This document shows, piece by piece, positions 28,761-41,523 of a DNA stretch of 64,000 bases (position 1 is the stretch's first letter; every line of letters begins with the position of its first letter). Where the stretch lies: positions 66,898,001 to 66,962,000 of the forward strand of contig OX597832.1 of assembly GCA_951406725.2 (NCBI GenBank), read 5' to 3'. Source of the DNA: Octopus vulgaris (lineage: Eukaryota). The position numbers were made by a program, and so were the translations under genes. The notes below the pieces were generated by a model. The model saw nothing but the letters and a program-made list of their open reading frames with translations, did no database searches and was not told where the DNA came from.

Positions 28761-30389
28761 GTACATATGCAAGTATATATATATATGTATGTGTGTGTGT
28801 GTTTATGTGTGTATTTTTATGTCTTTATATATGTATGATAGTATATTCGTGTGATCGAGAGAAAGAAAGTGTGATACCAAATGGAAACTTATATTCACAC
28901 ACATAAATATAAAATATGTACATGTATTGCTGGTTATTATTGCACAATGAAATCTAAATGTCTCCATACATCTTCACAAATATTCGCGCTAAAACATTTA
29001 TGGCCAAGTCATACATTAATATTTATATTTCGACATGTCCATTACCGTTTTGTTTAACGCACTTAGCTTAATTCAATTTAAATATAGCTCCAATGCAATG
29101 CGTCGGATGGTATTATAAAGCTCCATGTCATATTTCTAATATACACTATGTTTACATGCAATTTTATTTACAGTGCAATATACATACAAGTATTAACAAG
29201 TGTTGCAATACAAGTGCATATTATTATTCACTTGATTTTATTCGTTCACAAATATTCAGTACTTGAGACGAGATGCAAATTTAGAAGAAAGGTAAGGCAT
29301 GTGACATGAAATGTTGGTGAACTACAATGTTTAGAAACAAAAAAAGAAAAAGAGTTTCTTGCCGTGGCGTATAAGTTGTAGCTCTTAGCATTCTGAGTTC
29401 AGGCCTGAATATCTTATCCAATTTTCCATTTTATACTTTCGTAGATGTGAATATAAGTCACAAGTCTAGAATGATGGTTGTGGGTGATTGTTAACCATTT
29501 AGAGGTGAAGGTGTGTAGTAACTGTTCCAGTTCATTGGAGGTTAAGATTTTTTTCCGCCAGCTTAATTTGCAACCGCCATTTAGTTCCTGACTCTCATTA
29601 ATGGAATTCACTCACTTGCAATCAAACAGCTAATTACTCCATTTCGTGGAATAGCATCATTCTATCTCTTCATTCTGTCAGCATTGGGAGCAACTGAAAA
29701 TGACATAGGACTGGCACTGCAGTCCTATGACTGAGTAGACAGAAAAAAAACCTACTATTCCCCAAATCATTAGTATCATAAAGGGCTGTAGTTTCGACTG
29801 GATTATGTATATGAATTTTGATAATGATAAGCTCTTCTACAATACGAATCATTCTTGAACTCATTTCCTTTATGTAAGAAGAAATGACGAAAGAAATATT
29901 CCCGAGAGGGGTTAGTAGATCCAGTCTAATGCAGCTGGAATATTATGGTATGTTCCTGTCCATTCTGGAAGCAGTGGAATAATCCATACTAACTCTGTAT
30001 AAAATATACACAACGAATCGACAAAATCTTTATTGCACCACTCAAAATGATTGAGGTTGTTTTCATTGCACTTACCTTAAGACATTGAATTCTGAAAATG
30101 TCTATTTTGCTTTTCCCTCATCCGAGGACAACACGTTTCATTATATACACGGATATAAACATTACAATCGACTGATATTGTGAAATTCCTTACAATACGA
30201 TTCTAACACCAACAATATGTGTATAAGTTACGCTACACTAAGAGAGCTTCTGTTTGTTTTTGTGCTTATGCATCCTCCAGTTCATGTCCTCAAGCAAAAT
30301 ATTTAGTTAGTTAGTTAGTTAGTTAATTTGGCTCAAAAGCAAATAGCAAGGCCATGTAGGGGGACATGGAGTTAAGTACAGGGTGGTGT

Positions 30390-33300
30390 TCATGTAAAGA
30401 GTTCAGGCCACTTGAGGTCAAGGGAGGCTTTGAACAAAGCGGTCGTCGGCATCTTCACCATCTCGTCTGGCAGCTTGTTCCACGGATCCGCAACCCGGAC
30501 GGAGAAAGCTCCTTTCCTTCGATTGAGATGAAATCGTCGCAGGTAGAACTTTTCGGAATGACCCCGCAGCCGACGCTCTGGAGCAGGAGTGAAGAACAGC
30601 TCTTTCGAGAGGTTACACTTTCCGCTTATGATGTTGTGGGCGAGAATGAGATAACCACGGCGGCGGCGTTTTTCAAGAGAATAAAAGTCGAGCGTCCTCA
30701 GCCTTTCTTCGTAGGACAAATTTTTGAGACCGTGAACCATGCGGGTAGCCAGCTTCTGGACTCTTTCGAGATGCTGTATGACTTTGAGGAGATAAGGAGA
30801 AGAGGCTTGAATCCCATACTCCAATATGGGTCTCACCAGCGTGACATAGAGTGGTAGGAATATGGCTGCTGTGAGCATCAATTTGTACAGAATTGAACAG
30901 AATTCCGCGTGCTTTGTTGGCAGCATGGACGCACTGGGCCGAAGGCGAAAAGGAGGAATCCACCAAGATACCTAGGTCCTTTACCTGATCGGTCCTCTCC
31001 AGCAGCAGACGACCCGGCTCGAAATCAAGTTGAGTTGCAGGAGTAGAGCCGACAGGCAGATGACAGCACTTTGACACGTTCAGACACAGGTCCCAATCGT
31101 TAGACCACTTCCAAATTTGGTGGAGGCATCGACGAAGATCCTCTATATTGCCGCGAGGAGCGACCAGTTTGATATCGTCGGCAAATAGAAGGGTGTGTTG
31201 CGTGAGGTCGTCGGGCAAGTCATTTATGAAGACTAAGAACAACAAGGGCCCAAGCACTGAACCTTGAGGCACGCCACTGCTCGAACTGGAGACGTCGGAC
31301 CGCGAACCATTAACTTGGACTTGGAAGGAGCGATCTGAGAGGAAGGCACCAACCCATCGTACAATATCCGGATGGAAACTATATGCTTGAAGCTTGACAA
31401 GTAATAGGCGGTGGTTTACCGAGTCAAAAGCTTTGGCAAAGTCCAGTAAAACGATGTCAACAGCATCACTATCATCGAGGATGCGCGTCACCAATTCTTC
31501 CGTTACTAGTAAGTTGTTCAAGCATGATCTCTTCGGCACGAAGCCGTGTTGGGAATCAGAGATAGAGGCTGTGTTTAGGAGGTGGAGCATCATACTTTTC
31601 TTAAGGATGGTTTCGAACATCTTGCTGATAATTGATGTAAGGGAAACCGGTCGGTAGTTAAGCGGGTCTTCGCGGCTCCCTTTCTTGAAAATTGGGCAGA
31701 TTATCGCTGTTCTCCAGTCTGCAGGTATAACACCCGTCGCCAATGACATATTGAATAGTCGTGTTAAGGGCTCGCAGATGACCGGAGCCAACGCTTTGAT
31801 AACCCGTGGGTGTATGCCGTCAGGGCCGTGACCCTTGTTGACATCGAGGCCTTGAATAACACGTTTGACTTCGTTCCGCGTGATGACCAATCGAAGCATT
31901 GGAGGTACCGATCTATCAAATGGAGGGGGTTCACGGCCATCATCTTGTTTGAAAATAGTTGAAAAAGCCTCAGCAAATAATTGACTCTGTTGATAAGGGT
32001 CCTCAATCGATACGCCTGTTGAGTCTACCAACGTTGCAATCTGGTTGTTCAAGCGGGAATTCCGCTGGACATGGGCAAAGAAGGTTTTTGGATTGCTACT
32101 GGCATTTGCCGCGATTTTGTATTCATAACTGAAGCGTTCTTTCTTTTCAATTTTCACGGCTCGGTCTCGTTGAGTTTTGTACACCTCAAAAGCTGCAGTC
32201 GAATCCAGATTTTTGAATTCAGCCCAAGCAATATCTCTGAGTCTACGTTCTCGTTTAACCCTCTTCGTCACCCAGGGCTTGTGTTTCTTCCTCTTGGGAA
32301 GCCCAACGGGAACTGCCTGGTCAGTCAAACAGATTACATATGCTTTGAGGGATGACCATAGTTCGTCAACTGAGGACAACGTCATCAGGGATCGCCAGTC
32401 CAGAAGCGCGGAAGCCTCGGTTAGAATTTCAAGATTAATTGCAGAGAAGACTCTACGTGGCAGCGAAGTACTCGTGGGTGTAGAAAAAGTTGTGTGCATG
32501 ACGAACTTCAGGACCGCATGATCACTCTTGGCAAGAGGGGCGCACCCAGATACGTCTGACACTGATCTTGGATAGCGGGAGAATACCAGATCTAGCATAG
32601 ATGGCTGCTCCCCAGACCGATGCCTTGTCGGATATTCAACATGTTGCGATAGAAAACAATCTTCAGCCACGTCAAGACGGGCCTGGCCGAACCGGGAAGA
32701 TGTTGTACAAATTGATGCGGGCCAATCGATCGTGGGAGCGTTGAAGTCTCCTAGTACCAAACAGTCATGCGAAGCTGAAACGAATCTTATCGCTTCGAGT
32801 AAATGAGCATCGTCCTGGGAGTCGGCAAGAGGCGGCCTGTAGACAGCCAACACGGGCAGGCAAAACTCAAATAGGCTCAGCTTGCAATAGACGGCATCGA
32901 ATTTTGTTGTAGGCTGAGCATTAGTGGGTAGAATACCGCTGGACGGTTTGTGCTCAGACTTAACATACACAGCAACACCTCCACCTCGCCTTTTTCCTCT
33001 GTCACATCTGAAAAGGACGTAGCCCTGCAGGTGGATTTCTGAGTCCTTTACTGCTGGAGTCAGCCAAGTCTCGGTGATAGCTATCACATCGGGGGAGTCA
33101 CGTATGGCCAGTGTAAATAGTTCACTGAACTTTGGGAATAAGGAGCACGAGTTGGTGTAGACGATGCTGAGCTGTGAAGTCTGAGGGGCGGGAGTTGGGG
33201 AACAGGCAGAATAAGGGATATCAGAGTTGACGGGGGTATCAACTTCACTTCGATTTGCCCTCACATCACTTTCCCTGTCAGCACTACAGCATGGTACCAT
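30390..33300 (-). pseudogene. LINE ORF2 (AP endonuclease plus reverse transcriptase), one frameshift near 30890
   Basis: APE motifs ITETWL, GGGVAVYV, GDFN and SDH; RT motifs NYRPVSLTS, LDFAKAFD, GVPQGSVLGP and FADD. The CR1-type C-terminus (LERVQKLATR, RLRGH, WNKLP) continues in ORF 30390-30926. Confidence 0.93.
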
Positions 33301-34435
33301 AGGTAGGACTTGATTATCTGTCCATCTTGGATTCGTAAACCCTTCTCTCCCATTTGTTTCCTCATCTTTAGTTCGGATATCAGGTTTCTCCGGCGAATTC
33401 TCTCTCTTAGTGAGTATTCTTCGCGAAAACCCATATTGGGGTCCTCCCAGGCATGCGTCTGAGCTCTGTTCAGTAAGACTGAAGCCTCCCGATCAGAAGA
33501 AAAGATTACCCTTATTGGGCGTGGTCTAGTATCTACGGTTGGGTTCGCTTTGAATCTTCCTAGCCGAGCGACCTTAAGGACACTGACCTTTTCGTTCACA
33601 GAGAACAATTCTCCAACCAAAATGGAAACAAAATTAATGTCATCTTTTAGGCGGTTTATGCCTGTATCACGGGTGGATTCAGCTTTACCGTAAATTATTG
33701 CTGATCTTGAGTGGGCAAAATGTTCTCTACTATGAGCTGTGGTATTCGATTCTTCATTGGAGGATTTCGAAAGGGTGGTTTTATAGCCATCGGACTTATG
33801 TCGGCCTGTGGGGTCGATCGGAATGGGTTTAGTGGTCATAATTTTCCCGCCTGGTTTGGAACTGCACTGTCTCTTCTTCGGTTTGGGGGAGCGCCACTCC
33901 CCAGATGAACTCACATCGAGATCGTTCAGAATTGGTTGAGCAATGGCATTAATGGGAAGGACAGGTGAGGGAGAATCCAAACGGATTTTATCGTGATCAG
34001 GTTTCATAGCCAAATCTGCCCCTCTGGAGTTTTGACTACGTTTCTTCTTTTGGGGAGAACAACGGTCTTCAGGTGGGTTTGAGTCTACGCTCCTCAAATT
34101 AGGTTGGGGAACCTCCGGGACCGAAAAGGCAGATGAGGAAGAATCCGAACAGGAACGATCATGTGCAGAAACGACCGCCGGTTCCTTGCCTTCTTTGGCC
34201 GCTTCGATTTTGTTCCCTTCGGTTTGGACGTCTCCAGGGAAGAAATCAAGGGTGACTCTGCGTCAACAGGAGACTGTTTATCGTGGTCAGGTTTCATAGC
34301 TAAATCCGCCCCACTGGAGTTTTGACGACGTTTCTTGTTTTGGGGAGAACAATGGTCTTCAGGTGGGTTTGAGTCTACGCTCCTCAAATTCGGTTGGGGA
34401 ACCTCCGGGACCGAAAAGGCAGATGAGGAAGAATC
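33261..34435 (-). pseudogene. LINE ORF1 (basic, RRM-like), 5'-truncated and frameshifted
   Basis: SAIIYGKAES...RLG...RPRPIRVIF...ERIRRRNLISELKMR...GEKGLRI is typical of CR1/L2-group ORF1. It overlaps the first ORF2 ATG by 40 nt. Confidence 0.8.
33987..34435. repeat. 159-bp direct repeat within ORF1 (33987-34145 and 34277-34435)
   Basis: tttatcgtg...gaggaagaatc occurs twice with a period of 290 bp. Confidence 0.92.
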
Positions 34436-35173
34436 ATTTAGTGCTGTGAATTTGCATAAGGGTGATGGTTTCATAACCATGTTGTTTCGTAATCATGATA
34501 TTTCATTAACATGTAGTTATCAAAGTCGACAGCAAGTTACACATCATGCATCACAAAGGAAAAATCCCTTATGAAATGCTTTTATCGATTTAATAATTTC
34601 TTTGCGTTTGACACCTTTGTTTCCATTCGAAATTTCGCTTTGACATCTCGTTCCAATAGACTCCAACAAACTTGGCGGCACTACTGATGCTTTCTCATTT
34701 GCGGCTCAATAATTGCTAAGAGTCAGTGTGAAACTGCTTGGAGGCATTCACGCCAATCACTTTATTAAAATTAGTTATAATGTGTGTGTGTATGTGTGTG
34801 TGTGTGTGTATGTGTGTGTGTGTATGTGTGTGTGTGTGTGAGTGTGTGTGTTATGCACTCTTGTGTTCTTGCGAATAAGAAAATAAAAAATACGAAGAAT
34901 AGAGCATCATATGTTATTCTACGAAGCGAAACTATAATATTCTAGAAAACCGTATTTAAGCTTATTTCTTCTGACCGAATAAGTTTATATTTTTTCATAT
35001 TTCACTTAATTTTAGTTTTCAATCGTATTTTTTATTTTATTAGAACATTGAAATATAAAGAAACAGGAGAGAAGAGAAATAGGAAAGGAAAAGAAAGAAA
35101 GGGCAACAAAAAAGTTGGTGGGGGATAAAGCAGCTTAAGTTGGAGGGAGACGGTGTGATGGCCCACACGTATT

Positions 35174-35375
35174 ATTCTTTTCTACACTAGGCACAAGACC
35201 CGAAATGTTTGGGGTGGGGGAGGGGCTGTCGATTAGATCGAACCCCAGTAAGCAAATCGTACTTAATCTATCGACCAGGAAAGGATGAAAAGCAAAGTTG
35301 GCGTCGGTAGAATTTGAACTCAGAACGTAAAGACTGACGCCCGACGCGCTAACGTTTCTGCCAGTTGGCCGCCTT
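35174..35375 (-). mobile_element. SINE family B (ggcacaagaccc tail)
   Basis: Family core and head present; imperfect TSD atggcccacacgtatt / atggcacacatatt. Confidence 0.85.
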
Positions 35376-37916
35376 ATGGCACACATATTGTAGAAGAAAT
35401 AATGTGCTCATTCGCGATAGCGTTCCCGCGGAGACTGACCGGAGACATTCACGGTAGCGTCTCCTCCATCTAACAAATTGATATAGAAGAAGCTAAATAA
35501 GTAGCAGGTTAGGAAGCTAGACATACAGCCAGTTAATAGATAGACAGAACCTACTACTTCTCTATCAACTTAGTTGATATAGAAACATACATATTTACTC
35601 AGATGCAACACAATTTCCCACTATTCGTTTCATTCATCGGGAAATTTTAAGACTATTGCGACAAAACAATCATTTTGTTTGGACAAACAAACATTTGATT
35701 TATGTCTTTTTTCCTCGATACTTATTTTAATGAATTCAGATGAACATATTCTTCAACCTTAATGAGTTTCATTGTTATGTCTTCAATACACTATAAGTGA
35801 ATTTGCTAATTAATACAACTAATGAATTTCAATTTCAAAAAAGAAAATGAAAAATTTCGTCTCTTTATTATGACGGAGTGATTTCATTAGATTTATCGAA
35901 TCCGTTAGATGTAATTAAGTACTTAAAATAGGGATGATTGAACTGTGCATTAAATAAGAGTGGTGTCTTGTAATTATTAACTCTTGCCCGATGAACTGAT
36001 GGAAGTACATGAGAAAAGCTTCTTAACAGTGTCTCACCTCCTAACTACGCATAGATTTCTGAACATCTAAAATAATTCTTACCAGTCAAGAAGTCATTAG
36101 CAGCAGTCAAATTCCATTCAAATCACACAATAGGTTCCTAAATAAGGAAAGAATACCTTTGTTCCTATAGTGCTATATATTCCCACAACAACGGCTTGAA
36201 TGTCTTTCATTGTAGCGCTACCCGATCAGATGTAAGATGAAACGAACGGACGGGACACTAACAATTATATTTTCCCATGAACCTATGAATAATGACATGC
36301 TCCACTGTCCATGATGGAAATTAAAACTAATTTCTTTAAATAGGCGAATAAGTTCTTAAATTTCAAATATTTTCTTTCTAATGTGTCATTTTGGAAAGAA
36401 ACCGAGTCCTTCATCCATGTTAGTCAAGGTTTCTGTAGCAACTGTCACAAGGGAATTTATTTTCAAATTAGAGTTCTTGTGGGAAATCCTGAAAGAAAAT
36501 GAAGTTTACTAAAGCTACTCAGGAACCAGATAGCTTCCCCATTACTTTCCTCTACCAGATGTAATTCCCATTATATTGTTTATCATGAGGCTGGGAGAGA
36601 AGGCATTTTCTAATTGTACTGACTAATCAGATTGAACTACATGATTACTATACGTACCACTTATTCAAAGACTGGTCCTCACTTCTATATCAGCACCACA
36701 AGCACAGACACACACTGGACTCCCTGTTTTACTAAAATGTTTCACTAAACACAGAAAATTGCATTTTTAGAACTGATACATATCGTTTTTGAGACATAAG
36801 GCTAGCAATTTGGGAACAGCTCCTTGTCGATTAAGGGGCTTCGAATACTTGACTGGTGGTTTAAATTTCGATGACGTAAAGATAACCGCCGTAGACCAGA
36901 TCGGTAGGACTTGAAATCCCGTCTCAGGCATTAAAACTAACAAAATACTCCTAATGGATTTCAACACTCCTTTGATAAAAATCAGTTAAATACTAGCATT
37001 TTTCATCATAAATGCCAGCGGATACTGAAAGGGTTATATTGTTGATTACATTGACCCAGGTACCTAATTGGTATTTTGCTCTTTTGAATTCGGAGTCAGA
37101 CGGGGCACGGTTGACCACGATGGGATTTGAAATGGTAATGAAAAGAGCAGGATCGAAGTTAGACAATGTTGTTATGGACGACGTTCTATTGATTAATGTA
37201 GCCCACCAGCTTTAAAACTAATTGTCTGTAATTTAAACATAAGAAGAAGGGGATCATTCTATTATATCAACAGAAGTTCTCGACTGGACGCTTGATTTTA
37301 TTGATCCCGTAAGGGTAAAAGCAAAGTCCAGTTCGTTGAGACTTGAAACTAGATCAAAGGTCACAAAACTAACAAGACACGGCAAATGAATGTTAGTATC
37401 GATCTATGAAAATCAGCAATCTACCGCCCTCTTTCCTAATGCTAATAATAATGACAGTGATCAATATGAATTAGATCCATCTCTACGAAGTATTACGTGT
37501 AAGTCTAACAATTAGGTTCAGCTGCTATTCTGTTACATGAAGGCAGTCTCTGGCAACGAAATCAATTATGGAATAATTCTCATTAGATACAATCAACTCG
37601 ATGCGGTGAGAAGGGCTGTATTTAGAGCTGATTACAAATTTGAGAATTATTATTAGTGTTCTATGCTCTACCTGCCGCTTGAATGCGTGGGAGAAGCTTC
37701 TGGTGTCCTGGATAAATCAAAGAATGTATATAAATATATGTGCATGCAGGAGTATGTGTGTGAGTGTATGCCTGAGTGTGTGTTTATGTGTGTGTGTGTA
37801 TGCACAAATAATGTATATTTACGTGTATAAATATATCTACATATATGCGTATGAATAAATGTGCTTGTATATATGTATGATGCATATATATAAACATATG
37901 TATTTAGATATACATG

Positions 37917-37968
<52 letters not shown>

Positions 37969-38407
37969 GTGTGTGTGTGCGTGCTTACTTCCATGTAGTA
38001 TCGGAATAAATTATGGGATAATGTAAAACGGTGTCTCAATAATGAATTTCTTGCCAATCCCTGTGAATCTGCTTGGATAAAGATGACTAAAGCAGAATGA
38101 TAGAAATTGGTATTTAATATGGATAACCGATATGATCTTTGGGATGTTTGTGATGAAACAGGTGTCTCTACTGTGATAGGATGAGTGGTAGCTATATATG
38201 AGTGTACACACACATACCCATGTATGCACATCTCACTCTCTCTCTCTTTCTCTGCATCCGTCTATCTGTATATAAATACGCACACACACACACATATATA
38301 TATATTATATGATCGAACGCCACGCGTCCTTTTCCAAGTACATATATATATATATACATGGATGTTTACGTAAATAATATATATATATATGTATGTATAT
38401 ATGTTGG

Positions 38408-38534
<127 letters not shown>

Positions 38535-39460
38535 AAGAGGGTGAGAGATGGACTGGCAGAAAGACAGGCTGACAGATTGACAGACAAAAGGAGAAAGAGA
38601 GAACTTGAGAGAAATAGGAGATAGAAATATGTGTACAGCAGTTGTATGCATGCGCGTGCCTAGTTTATAAGCATATGTGTTAGGTATGTTTGTATAATAC
38701 ATAATTACAATAGAATGTTTTTCTGTATATTTGCATATCAGGTCTGTCATAGATATAGTTTAAACGTGACCAGCGAAAGATAGAATTGTAATTGATTGTC
38801 TGTATGTTATTATTATATGCAATAAATTATATGCCTCAACGCTAATGAACAACATAATAATGGACGAGCAGTAAAATGTAGCAGCATGCAGCGAATAGAA
38901 ATATCTGATATTAAATTTATGACATGAAGCAAGATATTTCATGTAAAATGGTTCGTATTGCAGAGAGAGATTATATGTTTGAAAGATACAAACTTAAGAA
39001 AGGTATTTTGCGTTGAGCTGTTGTATGCAATATCATATAAAGAAAAAAAATATAATTTCCACGAACTACACATTTGGGACTACTGTCTTGATGAGGGCTT
39101 TTAGTGACTATATCGAAATATATATTTTGGCTGTAATGAAACAGATTCTAGTGTTTTGTAGTTTCGAAATCAATCAAAAGTGATACTGGTGATAATGTTC
39201 AGTATCATGAAATGTAGCTGGCCTGCCTATCACTAAGCAACTACTGCCCTTAGGGCGTAAGCGATTAATCGTTACTTATTTTGGTTTTAAGTACATTGTG
39301 AAAACCATATAAATGCAGGGCCAAATTCCGCTGTACCTATGTTAAATGGAATGTCGAGTAGGATAGACGTAATGTTTAGTCATGTTCGGTAATGAATGAT
39401 TGAGAAACGTTTTGCAACTGGAAGCGACTGCTTCCTATACACACACATGTGTGTGTGTGC

Positions 39461-39493
<33 letters not shown>

Positions 39494-39496
<3 letters not shown>

Positions 39497-39625
39497 GACG
39501 GGCTTTTTTCAGTTTCCTTCTACCAAATCCACTCCCAAGGCTTTAGAATCATGTGGTTGGTAAGTAAGCTACCTACCACACAAACACTCCTGCGCCTGTG
39601 TATGTATGTATGTGTGTATGAATGA

Positions 39626-39682
<57 letters not shown>

Positions 39683-39806
39683 CTGTGTGTCTGTGTTTGT
39701 CCCCGCCAACCGATGCTGGTGTGTTTACGTCCCCGTAACTTAGCGGTTCGGCAACAGAGATCGATAGAATAAGTACTAGGCATACAAAGAATAAGTCCTG
39801 GGGTTA
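39494..39806. mobile_element. Rearranged SINE family A: head on minus (39494-39597), tail on plus (39680-39806)
   Basis: Compared with the intact copy at 7037-7450, the two halves face opposite directions. Confidence 0.8.
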
Positions 39807-39842
39807 ATGTACCTGGGGTATATGTATATTTATTTATATATA

Positions 39843-40060
39843 GTCTTTTACTCTTTTAGTTTTTTCAGGCATTTGAATGTGGGTATGCTGGAGCACCGCC
39901 TTTCGTCGGGAACATTAACCCCATGACTTATTCTTTGTATGCCTAGTACTTATTCTATCGAGCTCTTTTGCCGAACCTCTAAGTTACGGGGACGTAAACA
40001 CACCAGCATCGGTTGTCACGCGATGTTGGCGGGGACAAACACAGACACACAGACACACAC
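39843..40060 (-). mobile_element. SINE family A 3' half
   Basis: tgctggagcaccgcc...gcctagtacttattctatcg...aagttacggggacgtaaacacaccagcatcggttg. Confidence 0.88.
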
Positions 40061-40262
40061 GTTGATTCGTTAGGTACTGCACGCATTTTTTTCTCTCCTT
40101 CTTTCTGTGTTTTTTTTTCTCTGTGTACCTTTCTGTTGAAGAGCGTAGGCTCGAAACGTTAAAGACTTGTTTTATTTATATTTCCTGAGCGCCATACTAA
40201 TACAATTGTTTGTTTGTTTTCCACCTGCCTTCGTCTTTTGTCTATTTTCATAAAGCTTCCCG

Positions 40263-40264
<2 letters not shown>
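40061..40264 (+). mobile_element. PLE pLTR-like short repeat with hammerhead-like motif
   Basis: 40129-40164 reads cttt-CTGTTGA-A-gagc gtag gctc-GAAA-cg-TT-aaag, and the element ends in (TA)n. Homologues lie near 4999 and 49649. Confidence 0.7.
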
Positions 40265-40326
<62 letters not shown>

Positions 40327-40395
40327 GTGTGAGTGTGTTTATATACACACATGCATATGTACAGATTGAGTGAGTGAGATATATATACCTATATA

Positions 40396-41523
40396 TCATC
40401 CCATAAACAATGGGGTTTTTTAAACACTTCCTTTATTTTTCAATGTTTTTTTATTCAAGCTAAAATATACATTCCTTTTTCTACAATGCTATTGTATCTA
40501 TCTTGTAGATTTGTAAGGACTTTCTTTCAAAATTCACTTGTCCATGATGAAAAATGCTCCGTTACTGCACTAATTCTCATCTAAAGAAAGTGGAATAAAT
40601 GATAAACAGTGTCCAGCGAATAAAGTGGGGCACCGTTTCGCATTCAAACTGCTCCCGCCTTTGGAGAGCATTAGCTAGATATAAGAACACCTTTTGTCTT
40701 GCCATAAAAAGTTTTCTTCAAGCCGCCAAAACCTTCTGGCAGAAGACCTATTTTGTTATCGTTTGGTTTTAGTTTAAAAGTTCCAAGTGGACTAAACCTT
40801 TCATATCCCAACAAACGGATAACGGCACTTCACGTGGTGTTTTATCCTTTCCCTACCCACTGTCTTTGACGTTTGATATTTTCATAGAGAATCCATTTTC
40901 CGTCACCAGTCGGTGTTTAGTAAAAAAAATAGATCATTCCTGAGACGTGGCAGCAACGAAGATCATACATTCTCACTGTGCGTGCCATAAGACTCAGAAA
41001 GTTTCTAAGCAACCCATTGACCCTATTTACTGACCTTTCCGATGGCACGCAGGTGTCGATAAAAAGTTGCATGACCAAATCCAAGCCTCTCTGCCAGGTC
41101 CTCAACAGTTACAATGGGATTTTGTTCCAGCAAGTTTGCAGGAAGGCCTTGAGCTCTACATATTTTCTAGAACGAGGCTCTTCTTCTAGGCCGTAGTTTC
41201 CGATTAGGAATTTTATGAAGTTCCGTTGACACAGGCTTGCGTTTACTGTCCTGTCCCCATATACTGGATTAATATTCTTAAAACTTTCCGTTGCGTTGTT
41301 GCCGTTATAGAACTCATAAATCGAAATAAGCCGAATATTCTCCTTTGCACCTCCAATATTGCTTTGAAAAATAACTTAAAATCGAACAGCACACTTCAAA
41401 ACTTGCATTAAGAATAAACACAACGTAAAATTACTACCTGTTCATGCAGGTAATTTATACCGTTCCCCTCCGACTTTTAGTTCATGCAATGATTATACCG
41501 CATTATTTATGGGATGACTCAAT
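40396..41523 (-). mobile_element. Near full-length decayed mariner transposon
   Basis: TIRs tcatcccataaacaatgggg / ccgcattatttatgggatga. Minus-strand remnants: IRLISIYEFYNGNNATE...LEEEPRS, LAERLGFGHATFYRHLRAIGKVSK*GQWV (WVPHEL region) and YSLD..YHLF (YSPDL region). Confidence 0.85.

Larger units (their letters stand above)
30308..34435 (-). mobile_element. CR1-group non-LTR retrotransposon, 5'-truncated within ORF1
   Basis: GC-rich island with ORF1 and an APE-RT ORF2, ending in a (CTAA)n tail at 30303-30325. Candidate TSD atttagt at 30301-30307 and 34436-34442. Confidence 0.93.

Noticed and set aside
30366-33908. Plus-strand ORFs over the CR1 element (and 53885-55728 over Dong)
   Set aside because: They are antisense shadows of retroelement ORFs with no independent motifs.
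36780-37430. Three very old SINE family B-like remnants
   Set aside because: Only patchy similarity, so boundaries could not be set.
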